46,168 nucleotides of DNA from a virus (IMGVR_UViG_3300032332_001684:1-46168); one strand, 5' to 3'; counted from the stretch's first letter, positions 1 to 10,433 are shown. The notes: generated by a model from the sequence alone, not told the origin. Numbers and translations are program-made.

Positions 1-1554
1 TATTATAGTCAAGGTATTACCGAAGGCAATGATGACCCTGCAAAACAATTATGGTACAATTTCTTAAAAGAAATGCGTTTTTTTGCCATGCGTAGATTAT
101 TAAGATTTGATACCAGAGACATTGCCAAGACCAACCTTGACAAAAACGATTTTCAACATTTGGCCTCCACACAAGGCCCCAAGGAAGAAGACCCTATGAA
201 TACCATGAATGAAAGCCAATATAACGGAAGAAACTCAAGTAAAACCAGTCGAGCCATCAAGGGACGTACAGAAGTAATTATTAGACATAAAAATTCTGTA
301 GCAGAAACACATCCATCGGCTCGTGGACAATCTAAAAACATCAAGGCCATATTTGTTCAGAATTCCGATGGAGAGAGATTCAAATATCCATTCATACATG
401 CTGCCGGAGCATTTGCTATGGCACAACATGTGGATCATGGTGGAGTACCGCACGATCCAGCAGGCAAAGCAATTATAGGCATGAGCGAGGAAATCGCAAA
501 ATTAGGAAAATTTCAAAACACTATACGACGTCATCAAGCCAAGTTGCATGATGATGCACTACATATTACAGATCGGGCTGTAAGCCGACTTATGGAACTC
601 AAGGCAAAGGTAGCAGCGTTAGGCAAGCGTCATCACTATAAATCATGGATCAGTGAATTTAATGACCAGGCAGCGATAGACGATGATATTATGGAACTGG
701 ACGCAGTTACTATGGAAGATTATCGTAGTAAATTTACACAGAAAAATTTCCAAGAAGAATTATCTGAATTTTTTCCAATGTTACATAAACTAATGAGAGA
801 AAATAATAAGATTGATTTAGAAACTTATATCGGCGAAGAAGAACACGAAGAACACAACAACGAAGTTAAAAAAGACATGTTTTCTGAGTTTGAACAGTGG
901 GCCGAGGACATTGAAACAGGCGAATTCAATATTGAAGAATTTAGAACAGCACTTGAACAACTACCAGAACCCTTAACATTAAATGATGATGAAAGTGTAG
1001 ATGAAGTAATTAGATTTTTAAGAGAATATGGCATTGAAGATATAGAATTAATAGAAAATTTAAAAGACGAAGCAAGAATTGACAGCACAGCAGATCCTAT
1101 TAAAGAAGTATTATTACCATGGGCACAAGACTCAAGAAATCAAGAGGCATATCCAGGCTTATCTGAATTATTAACTCAAATGGTTGGAGGAGGAGAAGCA
1201 CCTGCCGAAACTCCTCCAACTCCTGAGCCCGCTGAAACTCCCCCAACTCCTGAACCTGTTGCAACCGAACCAGAACAGCCGGTAACAGAAAGCATGATCA
1301 AAGACATTGCTAACAAAGTCAAAAGTTACTGGAATAGAGACAATCCTACAGTAGGTGCTTTTAGAGATAGAGGAAATATTGCTACCGAAGTCAAAAAAGA
1401 AATTGAAGAGAAATACGGAGAAAGCGCCGGGGAACATGCCCGACAAATGGCTGAGACACTCATGACCGAACTCACTGACGAATGGGAACGTAGACACAGC
1501 CGAACTCGAATAGAAATGGAAAGCATACTAAAACTGGCTGGATTACAAAAATAA
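1..1554 (+). CDS. Large acidic hypothetical phage protein (5'-truncated by the window edge)
   Basis: The frame is open from base 1 through the ATG at 73 to TAA at 1554. It contains a Pro/Glu/Thr linker repeat (PAETPPTPE twice). Confidence 0.75.
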   Translation, partial: YYSQGITEGNDDPAKQLWYNFLKEMRFFAMRRLLRFDTRDIAKTNLDKNDFQHLASTQGPKEEDPMNTMNESQYNGRNSSKTSRAIKGRTEVIIRHKNSVAETHPSARGQSKNIKAIFVQNSDGERFKYPFIHAAGAFAMAQHVDHGGVPHDPAGKAIIGMSEEIAKLGKFQNTIRRHQAKLHDDALHITDRAVSRLMELKAKVAALGKRHHYKSWISEFNDQAAIDDDIMELDAVTMEDYRSKFTQKNFQEELSEFFPMLHKLMRENNKIDLETYIGEEEHEEHNNEVKKDMFSEFEQWAEDIETGEFNIEEFRTALEQLPEPLTLNDDESVDEVIRFLREYGIEDIELIENLKDEARIDSTADPIKEVLLPWAQDSRNQEAYPGLSELLTQMVGGGEAPAETPPTPEPAETPPTPEPVATEPEQPVTESMIKDIANKVKSYWNRDNPTVGAFRDRGNIATEVKKEIEEKYGESAGEHARQMAETLMTELTDEWERRHSRTRIEMESILKLAGLQK

Positions 1555-1577
1555 TCTGGCAAGATTTGAGGTTGCAA

Positions 1578-1585
1578 GATAAATA
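1578..1585 (+). promoter_or_regulatory. T4 late-type promoter variant (GATAAATA)
   Basis: Matches the TAAATA core of the T4 gp55 promoter TATAAATA, in the intergenic region upstream of the SSB gene. Confidence 0.4.
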
Positions 1586-1684
1586 AAGTTAGCATACAAT
1601 TACTGTATGCTAACTTTTTTCTTTTAGTCAGTGGGCTAAGAGAAATGGCATAAACAAAGGCATAAAACATCAAGGAGAAATATT

Positions 1685-2683
1685 ATGGCAACTTTGGCTG
1701 AAATTCGCGCAAAACTACAACAATCGTCACAAAACAACGCCTCATCGGGCGGTGGTGACAACGGAATTTTCCCACATTGGAATATCCAAGAAGGACAAAC
1801 TGCAACAGTTCGTTTCCTTCCAGACGCAGATTCTAACAACACTTTTTTCTGGCTCGAACGAGCAATGATCAAATTGCCCTTTGCTGGGGTTGAAGGTGAA
1901 ACCAACAGCAAACCTGTACAAGTGCAAGTTCCTTGTATGGAGATGTGGAACGAAACCTGTCCGATTCTAACTGAAGTGCGCCCTTGGTTCAAAGACAAGA
2001 GCCTGGAAGATATGGGCCGTAAATATTGGAAAAAGCGTTCATACCTGTTCCAGGGATTTGTTGTCGACAGCAAATATCAAGAAGATCGTACTCCGGAAAA
2101 CCCCATCCGTCGCTTCATCATTGGTAGCCAGATCTTTAACATTGTTAAGAACGCACTAATGGATAGTGAAATTGAAGAACTTCCTACCGACTATGTACGC
2201 GGATTAGACTTCAAAATTGCTAAAACCAGCAAAGGCGGTTATGCTGATTACAGTACCAGCAATTGGGCTCGTCGCGAACGAGCATTGAGTGAGGTTGAAC
2301 AAGCCGCTATCAACCAATACGGATTGTTTAAATTGTCGGACTTTTTACCCAAAAAGCCAGGTGACGTTGAACTCAAGGTCATGAAAGAAATGTTCGAAGC
2401 ATCTGTTAATGGCGAAGCATTTGATATGGATCGGTGGGGTGCTTACTTTAAACCGGCAGGTATGGGCGGCGGTGGCACGGCTACTGGTGCTAAAACTGGT
2501 GGAACAGTTGAGGATCTTGACATCCCTTTTGAGTCTGCGGCAGCAACACCCGCTCGAGTTGTTGCCGCTCCAAAGCCGGTAGTCGAGGAGCAAGAATCTG
2601 CTGCAGAATCGGATTCTGGTAGCGAAGCCAGTAGCCGTGCCGCGGACATCATTGCTATGATTCGCAAACGTCAGTCTACTTAA
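1685..2683 (+). CDS. Single-stranded DNA-binding protein, T4 gp32-like
   Basis: ATVRFLP, ETCPIL, YWKKRSY, DFKIAKT..GGYADYSTS motifs, acidic tail and AGGAG RBS. It lies directly upstream of UvsX. Confidence 0.9.
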   Translation: MATLAEIRAKLQQSSQNNASSGGGDNGIFPHWNIQEGQTATVRFLPDADSNNTFFWLERAMIKLPFAGVEGETNSKPVQVQVPCMEMWNETCPILTEVRPWFKDKSLEDMGRKYWKKRSYLFQGFVVDSKYQEDRTPENPIRRFIIGSQIFNIVKNALMDSEIEELPTDYVRGLDFKIAKTSKGGYADYSTSNWARRERALSEVEQAAINQYGLFKLSDFLPKKPGDVELKVMKEMFEASVNGEAFDMDRWGAYFKPAGMGGGGTATGAKTGGTVEDLDIPFESAAATPARVVAAPKPVVEEQESAAESDSGSEASSRAADIIAMIRKRQST

Positions 2684-2697
2684 TAGGAGATTGAAAC

Positions 2698-3756
2698 ATG
2701 GGTAAGGCTTTTGATATTTCAAAATTCAGAAAAAGCCTTACCAAGTCCATTGACGGGCTTGGTATTGGCTTTAACGATCCTACAGACTGGATCAGTACCG
2801 GTAATTATGCTCTTAACTATCTCATTAGTGGGGACTTTTTTAAAGGAATTCCCCTAGGCAAGGTTACAGTATTTGCTGGCGAAAGTGGTGCTGGTAAGAG
2901 TTATATCTGCTCTGGTAATATTATTCGTCATGCACAAGAACAGGGTATTTACGTTGTACTTGTTGACAGCGAAAATGCTCTCGATGAAAAATGGTTACTG
3001 GACTTGGGTGTCGATACACACGAAGATAAACTACTTAAACTCAACATGGCTATGATTGACGATGTAGCCAAAACTATCCATGAGTTTATGAAAGAATATA
3101 AACTCATGCCTGCAGAAGAACGACCTAAAGTTCTTTTTGTAATTGATAGTTTGGGCATGTTGCTGACTCCTACTGATATTAATCAATTTGAAGCAGGTGA
3201 CCTAAAAGGTGACATGGGTCGTAAACCCAAAGCACTGACAGCACTGGTTCGTAATTGTGTTAATATGTTTGGTAGTTATAACGTAGGAATGGTCTGTACT
3301 AATCATACCTATGCATCACAGGACATGTTTGATCCAGATGATAAAATTTCAGGTGGTCAAGGATTTGTCTATGCAAGTTCCATTGTTGTTGCTATGAAAA
3401 AACTCAAACTCAAAGAGGACGAGGATGGCAACAAAGTCACGGATGTACTAGGCATTCGCAGTGCCTGTAAGATCATGAAAACACGTTATGCTAAACCGTT
3501 CGAAAGTGTTCAAGTTAAAATTCCTTATTCAACTGGAATGAGCCCTACTAGCGGACTTGTTGATCTTTTTGAAAAGATGGGAATCTTGACAAAGAGCGGA
3601 AATAAGTTACAATATGTAAGCAAGAAAACCGGGGAAATCAGTTCAGAATTCCGTAAAAACTGGACTGAAGATAAATTAATGACGATCATGTTGGAATGGG
3701 ATAATTTAGCAATTATTCCTACCATAACAACAACTGAAGACCAGGAGGAAGCATAA
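2698..3756 (+). CDS. uvsX: RecA-like recombinase UvsX
   Basis: Walker A GESGAGKS, DSENA, VIDSLG, TNHTY, SGG.G..YASS. Confidence 0.93.
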   Translation: MGKAFDISKFRKSLTKSIDGLGIGFNDPTDWISTGNYALNYLISGDFFKGIPLGKVTVFAGESGAGKSYICSGNIIRHAQEQGIYVVLVDSENALDEKWLLDLGVDTHEDKLLKLNMAMIDDVAKTIHEFMKEYKLMPAEERPKVLFVIDSLGMLLTPTDINQFEAGDLKGDMGRKPKALTALVRNCVNMFGSYNVGMVCTNHTYASQDMFDPDDKISGGQGFVYASSIVVAMKKLKLKEDEDGNKVTDVLGIRSACKIMKTRYAKPFESVQVKIPYSTGMSPTSGLVDLFEKMGILTKSGNKLQYVSKKTGEISSEFRKNWTEDKLMTIMLEWDNLAIIPTITTTEDQEEA

Positions 3757-4014
3757 ATGGAAGAGGATCTCATCATTGAAATTTGGGACACATTTAAAGA
3801 ATATGTTCCAGAAAAAAATCGCGAAAATGCAGCAGCACACTTCATTGATTTTCTCATCGGCCGCGATGTAGAAATGAGTGTGATTGAAAGTCTACTTGGA
3901 TTTGATACACATCTCGACAATGCAATCGAAGTTATTCTGGAAGAAACTAACGACATCGATGGCGGGGATGAAGACGGAGATTGGGATAGGTACGAGGACG
4001 ATGAGGATCATTGA
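3757..4014 (+). CDS. Small acidic hypothetical protein
   Basis: Abuts uvsX, with a GGAGG RBS; 85 aa. Confidence 0.75.
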   Translation: MEEDLIIEIWDTFKEYVPEKNRENAAAHFIDFLIGRDVEMSVIESLLGFDTHLDNAIEVILEETNDIDGGDEDGDWDRYEDDEDH

Positions 4015-4469
4015 TGAACTGGTATGCTCGGGTCAGCCAAGACCTAGCACATCTTCCCGATTGCCTAGTTTATTTTTATAATGAATTAACACAGGCACGG
4101 CTTGAGGTCAAAGTACAGGGTAACCTAGAAAAGGCCTCGGCCGCACTACCCGGGGTTGTTGAACATAGATTCAATCAACTTCAAGAAATTGAGGCTGTGT
4201 TAGAATTTCTTAATATCGAATTGCGCAGGATTAGATCTAAAATCTTCAGAAAATATTTAGAAAATTATCAAAGAGCATTGAGTAGCAGAGATGTTGAAAA
4301 ATATGTCGAAGGCGAAGATGATGTAGTAGATATGGAAAAGGTTATTAACGAATTTGCCCTGCTGAGAAATCAATGGCTGGGTGTGATCAAGGCCATTGAC
4401 ATTAAACAATGGCAATTGAGCAATATTATCAAACTCAGAACTGCCGGGTTAGAAGATATTACTTTGTGA
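4014..4469 (+). CDS. uvsY: Recombination mediator, UvsY-like
   Basis: Helical ~150-aa protein with KYLENY.RALSSRD..KYVEGE and KQWQLSNIIKLR, between uvsX and uvsW. Confidence 0.8.
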   Translation: MNWYARVSQDLAHLPDCLVYFYNELTQARLEVKVQGNLEKASAALPGVVEHRFNQLQEIEAVLEFLNIELRRIRSKIFRKYLENYQRALSSRDVEKYVEGEDDVVDMEKVINEFALLRNQWLGVIKAIDIKQWQLSNIIKLRTAGLEDITL

Positions 4470-4520
4470 ACCATCGGGGAGGAACTTGACTTTCTCCCTT
4501 TTTTTCTATATAATAATCTT

Positions 4521-5717
4521 ATGGAATTTGAAACTCTAATTTCTCTTCTTTCGACTAAATGTCGTAGCATGATAAACTCATGGGACATCAATTTGATTGA
4601 CAGTTTTAACGAACAGTTGAGCAGAGGACATGCCTTGACCGAAAAACAGGCAAATCTTGGTCTGAAAATCTTAAAAAGACAAGTGGACAAACTAAACTTG
4701 GTTGTCGGAATCGATGTTACACCGTATATTGAATCTCCTACCTATAAATTTCCATTTAAAAAAATAAATTCAACAAAAAAGATTTCCATTGAACGCCATT
4801 CCATACACGGAAAGATCATAAAAGTAGAATTTCCATACAATGACCAAATACTAAACAAAATTCGAGAAGTAAAAAATAAACTGTCATTGGCTTTTTGGGA
4901 GAAAGACCTGAAATATTGGGTATTTTCACTCGACGAGACCAGTATACAATTTTTAATGACACTGGTCGACTCGGAAAATTTTGAATACGACGAGGAATTT
5001 GAAAAATATATAGATCAAATTCGTGATATCAAAAATAATATGGAAAAATATGTTCCGACAGTAACGATTGAAAACGAAAAAATTAAATTCCTAAATGTTT
5101 TTGAGGATTTACCCCAGCCCGAAACCGATGATTTATTAGAATCAATTTTCTTGGCAAGGAAATTAGGAATTTTTACCTGGACCAACGAAGTTGAACATCG
5201 CCTGAATCGTCTAAACGTTGATCCACTTCTAAAAAAATTCTTAAATCATACAAAATCTGATTCATTTGTTGTTAATTTACAAAAACACAGTGTATTTTCT
5301 CTGAGAGATATTGTAAAATACCTTATGCCTTGCCTTTTTCTGGTACCAGGAGGGAATGAGTTTGATACAACAATTACCATTGTCGATCTACTCAAAGGCC
5401 TAGGCCTAGACGAAACGGAAATTTCTGTACTTTTCAGACTACCATCAACTACAGATCATGAATTTAATGATTATGTTAGAGAAAATTCACTAAATTCCCC
5501 TCTCACAGACAAAACTCGTGCAGTCTTGGTCAGTCAAAAAATTCCAAAACCAGTTTATCAATCAAAAATAAAATTCCAATGTGCAGTGAACTTCAGCGAC
5601 TTTAATACACACTACACAATGAGACAATATTTGTCCAATTATCAAAATATTATTGAAATTTCCAATGGAAAAACATCTACTCGTCAGTTTGAACTATTTC
5701 CGGAGTTATTTCAATGA
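4521..5717 (+). CDS. Hypothetical protein (N-terminal ALTEKQ motif)
   Basis: 398-aa ORF preceded by TTGACT/TATAAT-like elements (about 4486-4513); its stop overlaps the uvsW start. Confidence 0.75.
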   Translation: MEFETLISLLSTKCRSMINSWDINLIDSFNEQLSRGHALTEKQANLGLKILKRQVDKLNLVVGIDVTPYIESPTYKFPFKKINSTKKISIERHSIHGKIIKVEFPYNDQILNKIREVKNKLSLAFWEKDLKYWVFSLDETSIQFLMTLVDSENFEYDEEFEKYIDQIRDIKNNMEKYVPTVTIENEKIKFLNVFEDLPQPETDDLLESIFLARKLGIFTWTNEVEHRLNRLNVDPLLKKFLNHTKSDSFVVNLQKHSVFSLRDIVKYLMPCLFLVPGGNEFDTTITIVDLLKGLGLDETEISVLFRLPSTTDHEFNDYVRENSLNSPLTDKTRAVLVSQKIPKPVYQSKIKFQCAVNFSDFNTHYTMRQYLSNYQNIIEISNGKTSTRQFELFPELFQ

Positions 5718-7171
5718 GCAAGACTACACAACTGAAAATACTCGATGAAGTGAATTGCAAATTTCTAAATTTAGATTTAGATACTCGCAAGGCACTAGTG
5801 AAAAAATTCAAATACGAGGACCCCACTGCCAGGTATAGACCCAGTTATCGACTAGGAAGATGGGACGGTAGTATCAACTTTTTTGGTCTAGGCGGAACTA
5901 CCTATATCAGTATGCTCGAACAGGCCTTGGCATTTCTCGAAGAACGAAATTACTACATTGAAGTAGAAGATCTAAGGACTAGCCCTCCCTTGGAATTTCC
6001 TGAAATTTTTGAGGATTTTTGGGGAGATTTAACATGGCCCGAAGGACATGTCATGGAGGGGAAACCCATTCGATTGAGAGATTACCAATGCACAGTAATC
6101 AATAATTTTTTACGAAATCCACAATGTCTACAAGAAGTAGCCACCGGTGCAGGCAAAACCATTATCACTGCAACACTGGCAAAAATCTGTGAAAAATACG
6201 GACGAACTATAACCATTGTGCCTAACAAAAGTCTTGTGGAACAAACCGAAGAAGACTTCCGCAACTGCCAATTGGATGTAGGAGTTTACTATGGAGATCG
6301 AAAAGATCTTAATCGAACACATACTATTTGTACCTGGCAAAGCCTAAATATTTTAGACAAAAAATCACATGATGATGCAGAATTACTAACTTTGGCTGAG
6401 TTTTTAGATGGTGTCCAAACGGTAGTAGTCGATGAAGTTCATATGGCCAAGGCCGATGTACTGAAAAAATTACTAACACAGAATCTAAGCCACGCCCCAA
6501 TTCGCTGGGGATTGACCGGAACTATTCCTAAAGCCGAACATGAATACCAAGCACTACGTGCTAGTTTAGGAGATGTAATTAATCGTGTCAGTGCATATGA
6601 TCTACAACAACGAGGCGTCCTCAGCGACTGCCATGTAAATATTGTACAGACAGCCGAATGGAAAGAATTTGCTAATTATCAAGAAGAACTAAAATATCTG
6701 GTCACCGATGAGACCAGAATGACACATGTCGCTAACATGATCAGGAAAATTACCGAGTCAGGAAACACCTTGGTATTAGTAGATAGAATTGAAAGCGGTA
6801 AATTTCTTATAGAACAAATACCCAACAGTGTATTTGTATCTGGCGAAATGAAAACAAAAGATAGGAAAGAAGAATATGACGAAATTAAAACTTCCGACAA
6901 TAAAATTATCGTGGCCACTTATGGCGTTGCTGCCGTTGGGATTAATATCCCCAGGATTTTTAATTTGGTCCTTTTGGAACCAGGAAAAAGTTTTGTCAGA
7001 GTTATTCAAAGCATTGGACGAGGAATTAGAAGAGCCGAAGACAAAGACTTTGTCCAAATCTGGGACATAACCGCAGCCACCAAATACGCTAAAAGACATC
7101 TCACAGAACGCAAGAGATTCTATAAAGACGCTCACTATCAATTCACAATAGAAAAGGTAAAATACCAATAA
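5714..7171 (+). CDS. uvsW: SF2 DNA helicase, UvsW-like
   Basis: LRDYQ Q-motif, ATGAGKT, DEVH, GLTGT, QSIGRGIR. Confidence 0.92.
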   Translation: MSKTTQLKILDEVNCKFLNLDLDTRKALVKKFKYEDPTARYRPSYRLGRWDGSINFFGLGGTTYISMLEQALAFLEERNYYIEVEDLRTSPPLEFPEIFEDFWGDLTWPEGHVMEGKPIRLRDYQCTVINNFLRNPQCLQEVATGAGKTIITATLAKICEKYGRTITIVPNKSLVEQTEEDFRNCQLDVGVYYGDRKDLNRTHTICTWQSLNILDKKSHDDAELLTLAEFLDGVQTVVVDEVHMAKADVLKKLLTQNLSHAPIRWGLTGTIPKAEHEYQALRASLGDVINRVSAYDLQQRGVLSDCHVNIVQTAEWKEFANYQEELKYLVTDETRMTHVANMIRKITESGNTLVLVDRIESGKFLIEQIPNSVFVSGEMKTKDRKEEYDEIKTSDNKIIVATYGVAAVGINIPRIFNLVLLEPGKSFVRVIQSIGRGIRRAEDKDFVQIWDITAATKYAKRHLTERKRFYKDAHYQFTIEKVKYQ

Positions 7172-7674
7172 TGCAGATACTAACCCTCGACGACCGACTC
7201 TTCAGTCTTAACGAATTACCAGACGAACTTGACGATGATCTGAGATTCGCTGTACTGGACAACAGCGACAGCAGTAATCCCGATCATTTCTTTATTCCAC
7301 TAATTTTCTTGGAGAGTTTTACCGGACCCGCCGCAGTACTAAAAATTGGCAATAACGAAATTGCCATGCCACTGGACTGGTGTACAATTGTTGGCGATGC
7401 CGAAGGTACTGAAATGGAAGTACTACCATTGACTAGTTTGAACGATCGAGGATTTAAAACATTCACCTTTAATCCTCTCAGTAGTTTCAGACCAGAGTTT
7501 TTGGACATTGACATCATTGATGTTTACCAAGATGTTAAATGGTACTTTCCTAAAATGAAACCAGGACAACTACTTTGTACTCCCCTTCACTTGGGAGAAA
7601 AACCTACCTGCGCCTACTTTGTTAAAGAAGTTAGTCGTCAAAGTGAACTGGTTAATTACAGTCTCTGCTGGTAA
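7171..7674 (+). CDS. Hypothetical phage protein
   Basis: 167-aa ORF translationally coupled to uvsW (TAATG). Confidence 0.75.
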   Translation: MQILTLDDRLFSLNELPDELDDDLRFAVLDNSDSSNPDHFFIPLIFLESFTGPAAVLKIGNNEIAMPLDWCTIVGDAEGTEMEVLPLTSLNDRGFKTFTFNPLSSFRPEFLDIDIIDVYQDVKWYFPKMKPGQLLCTPLHLGEKPTCAYFVKEVSRQSELVNYSLCW

Positions 7675-7675
7675 T

Positions 7676-7906
7676 ATGACCTACGTGTATGAAAGTTCGG
7701 ACAATGGCGATACTGTGTATCGAAGAAAGGTCGGCGAAACAGAACGGGAATTGCATTCAGTCAGTGAACGAAGAAAAAATTTAATGGATGAGATTAGAGA
7801 GAATCAACTCTGGGGCAACATTCATCGTGCAGCACTAACCAATCCTGCTTTACAAGAAGCACTGGATCGTGTTAAAGTAATATACTACTTGAGCAAAGAA
7901 AAATGA
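7676..7906 (+). CDS. Hypothetical protein (MTYVYES.DNG.TVYRR)
   Basis: ATG at 7676 just after the previous stop; C-terminus NPALQEALDRVKVIYYLSKE. Confidence 0.7.
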   Translation: MTYVYESSDNGDTVYRRKVGETERELHSVSERRKNLMDEIRENQLWGNIHRAALTNPALQEALDRVKVIYYLSKEK

Positions 7907-8148
7907 CCATGTCTTCTCATACATTTAAAACATTTAACGGAAATTCTTGGACGGAAGCCATGAGAATTGATTCCAGCGGAAACATAGGTATTGGCACAAA
8001 ATCGATTGAATCGCATTCGTCTATAAACCAATACGAGGAGTGGGTTGATATATTAAAGTTAGCAGAAACACATCCTGCTGTGAGTTCAGCCTTGGAAAAA
8101 TTAAGAACAATTTATTATTTGAGCAAAGAGCATGGCAACAAAACCTAA
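7903..8148 (+). CDS. Hypothetical protein whose C-terminus is paralogous to 7676..7906
   Basis: ATGA overlap with the previous gene; C-terminus HPAVSSALEKLRTIYYLSKE. Confidence 0.65.
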   Translation: MTMSSHTFKTFNGNSWTEAMRIDSSGNIGIGTKSIESHSSINQYEEWVDILKLAETHPAVSSALEKLRTIYYLSKEHGNKT

Positions 8149-8599
8149 ACTTGATATCAAACGAGTACTGGCGGCAGTAGATCAAAAAAATTACGATTTC
8201 TACAACACCCTCACCGACGAAGAAAAGAAAAGTTTTAATCCCTATGTGTTGATGAGATACACTGCCAGCACTACCGGTGATCCTGATCTTCAAGAATGGT
8301 TTATTGAAAGAACAAACGAAATGGTTAATAAAAACTATTTCAATTTCAGCAAAGATCATCAAGCACTATTGTGGAAACTATATGCGGCTACCGGAGCAGG
8401 AGTTAAAACATATCATCCCTATTTGGCAGCAGGTAAAAAAGGCAAAGCCAATCGAATCGAAAAACTATTAGCCGAACTTTATCCAGCAATGAAAATGAGC
8501 GACATTAAATTATGGGCCTCGCAGATGGATGAGAACGATTGCGAAGAGTTATTTGATAAGATGGGGTTTGATAAGAAACAACGGAAAGAATATGAGTAA
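8132..8599 (+). CDS. Probable clamp-loader small subunit (T4 gp62-like)
   Basis: EEKKSFNPYVLMRY motif, size (155 aa) and replication-gene context. Confidence 0.55.
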   Translation: MATKPKLDIKRVLAAVDQKNYDFYNTLTDEEKKSFNPYVLMRYTASTTGDPDLQEWFIERTNEMVNKNYFNFSKDHQALLWKLYAATGAGVKTYHPYLAAGKKGKANRIEKLLAELYPAMKMSDIKLWASQMDENDCEELFDKMGFDKKQRKEYE

Positions 8600-8816
8600 A
8601 GAAATCAACGTATTTGATCACACACAAATTAAAACAGTGAATATTGATTTCAATGACGGTCATTGGAATGCCAAAACACACTATATGATTGTGACATACA
8701 ATATAGACTCCCCGGCAGGAATTACTGCTAAATTAGTTCCTCATTATCAAGAAACTGAAATAACAGATGTATCATTAGCCGAAACAATATTAAATCAATT
8801 TAAAATCAACAAGTGA
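8592..8816 (+). CDS. Hypothetical protein
   Basis: ATG at 8592 overlaps the previous gene; fills the gap in the operon. Confidence 0.6.
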   Translation: MSKEINVFDHTQIKTVNIDFNDGHWNAKTHYMIVTYNIDSPAGITAKLVPHYQETEITDVSLAETILNQFKINK

Positions 8817-9508
8817 TGTTACTGGTGGACCAACCTTTTAAATGTATTCATTGCAGCACAAGTTTCATGAAAGAAAAAACACTTGTGGCGCATATGTGCG
8901 AGAAGAAACGACGAGCCTTACAACGAGATGAAAAAAGAGTACAGGCTGGGTTTATGGCCTTTAATCGTTTTTGGCAATTAACACAAGGCGCTAAAAAACA
9001 CAAGACCTATGAAGAATTTTGCGACAGCAGTTATTATAACGCCTTTGTGAAATTTGGCAGTTTCGTTAACAATGTCAATCCACTATATCCTGACCGATTT
9101 ATTGACTATGTAATCAAGAGCGGAGTAAAACTGGACCACTGGTGCCGAGACGAATTATACGACACCTACCTTTTTGAAACGATTAAAATAGAACCGGTGG
9201 AATCTGCGGTACAGAGAACATTACAAACCATGATGGAATGGGGCGACGAACACAATGCAGAATTTTCACACTACTTCAACTATGTGAGCCTGAACAAAGC
9301 CGTGTATCATATACGAAACGGTAAGATTAGCCCATGGGTGATTCTAAACTCCAACGCAGGAAAAACCATGATTGGCAAAATGACCGACGAACAATTGGAA
9401 ATGATTGCCCCGGCATTCGATGCACAATTTTGGTTGAAGAAATTTCGACAGACTCCAGCAGACGTTGCACTGGTGAAAGAAATTTGTGACGAAGTGGGAA
9501 TAGAATAA
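8813..9508 (+). CDS. Hypothetical protein with an N-terminal zinc-finger-like motif
   Basis: FKCIHC...F.....L..HMC at the N-terminus; directly upstream of the DnaE-like gene. Confidence 0.75.
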   Translation: MMLLVDQPFKCIHCSTSFMKEKTLVAHMCEKKRRALQRDEKRVQAGFMAFNRFWQLTQGAKKHKTYEEFCDSSYYNAFVKFGSFVNNVNPLYPDRFIDYVIKSGVKLDHWCRDELYDTYLFETIKIEPVESAVQRTLQTMMEWGDEHNAEFSHYFNYVSLNKAVYHIRNGKISPWVILNSNAGKTMIGKMTDEQLEMIAPAFDAQFWLKKFRQTPADVALVKEICDEVGIE

Positions 9509-10075
9509 ATGGACATCGATATCGATTTTGGAGATCGCACTGCTGTACTGAGTATCATTCAACATGTTCCTGCTAGCCTAGACGGAAGTAAACGACACAA
9601 CACCGGAATATACTGTCATGCTGTTCCGGTCAATCCACTAACCGGAACAGCCAGTATTGATTATCGAACTGCCGAGTCGAGAGGATACTTTAAAATAGAT
9701 TTTCTCAATGTTGGCATTTATAAAGACATTGAAAATAATCAACATCTTGAAGAACTAATGAATGCCGAACCACTGTGGGAACTACTGGAACAAGACGATT
9801 TTGTTGATCTAATATTTCATATCAACGGACATGGAAATCTATTACGTCAAACTAAACCAAAAAATATAGAACAACTGGCAGCAGTATTGGCCATGATCAG
9901 ACCGGCTAAAAGATATCTTATTGGCCAAGATTGGAATACTATATTAAAAGAAATATGGGTTAAACCCGTTAACGATGATTACTATTTTAAGAAATCTCAC
10001 GGATTAAGTTATGCTATGGCAGTTATGATTCACATGAATCTAATCTGCGAAAAAATTAGTTACGGCTACTCTTGA
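9509..10075 (+). CDS. Miniature DNA polymerase III alpha (DnaE)-like catalytic fragment
   Basis: DIDIDF, HNTGIY, GYFKIDFL, AAVLAMIRP and YYFKKSH..SYA match family C polymerase motifs, in order, within 188 aa. Confidence 0.75.
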   Translation: MDIDIDFGDRTAVLSIIQHVPASLDGSKRHNTGIYCHAVPVNPLTGTASIDYRTAESRGYFKIDFLNVGIYKDIENNQHLEELMNAEPLWELLEQDDFVDLIFHINGHGNLLRQTKPKNIEQLAAVLAMIRPAKRYLIGQDWNTILKEIWVKPVNDDYYFKKSHGLSYAMAVMIHMNLICEKISYGYS

Positions 10076-10433
10076 CCGCTCTGATTAATTGAATCGACCT
10101 ACGCTTAACACGCTTCTCGGCTATTTCGCTGAGATTGACTATGGGACCAAATAATACTCGAACATCTTTGGCATTGAAGGTTTTGATGTAGCCACGAAAC
10201 GCAGACATTTCCTTCTTTAAGAAAATACTAATAGGTATCCTACGATTACTTTCCCACCACCAAACTTCACCTAATTCCAAAAACAATTTACGATCTTCAG
10301 GGTCTACAATCATAGAGAGATCATACATGCTGACAACATAATTGTCGCAATTGATAATAATCCCAACATATTCTTTTTCGTTTGATTTAATACAGCTGAT
10401 AAACGGAAAATTGTCTTGAAATCGATCTTTCAT
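10056..10433 (-). CDS. Hypothetical phage protein
   Basis: 125-aa ORF with LELGEVWWWESNRRIPISIFLK. Confidence 0.7.
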   Translation of the reverse strand: MKDRFQDNFPFISCIKSNEKEYVGIIINCDNYVVSMYDLSMIVDPEDRKLFLELGEVWWWESNRRIPISIFLKKEMSAFRGYIKTFNAKDVRVLFGPIVNLSEIAEKRVKRRSIQLIRAVKSSRN

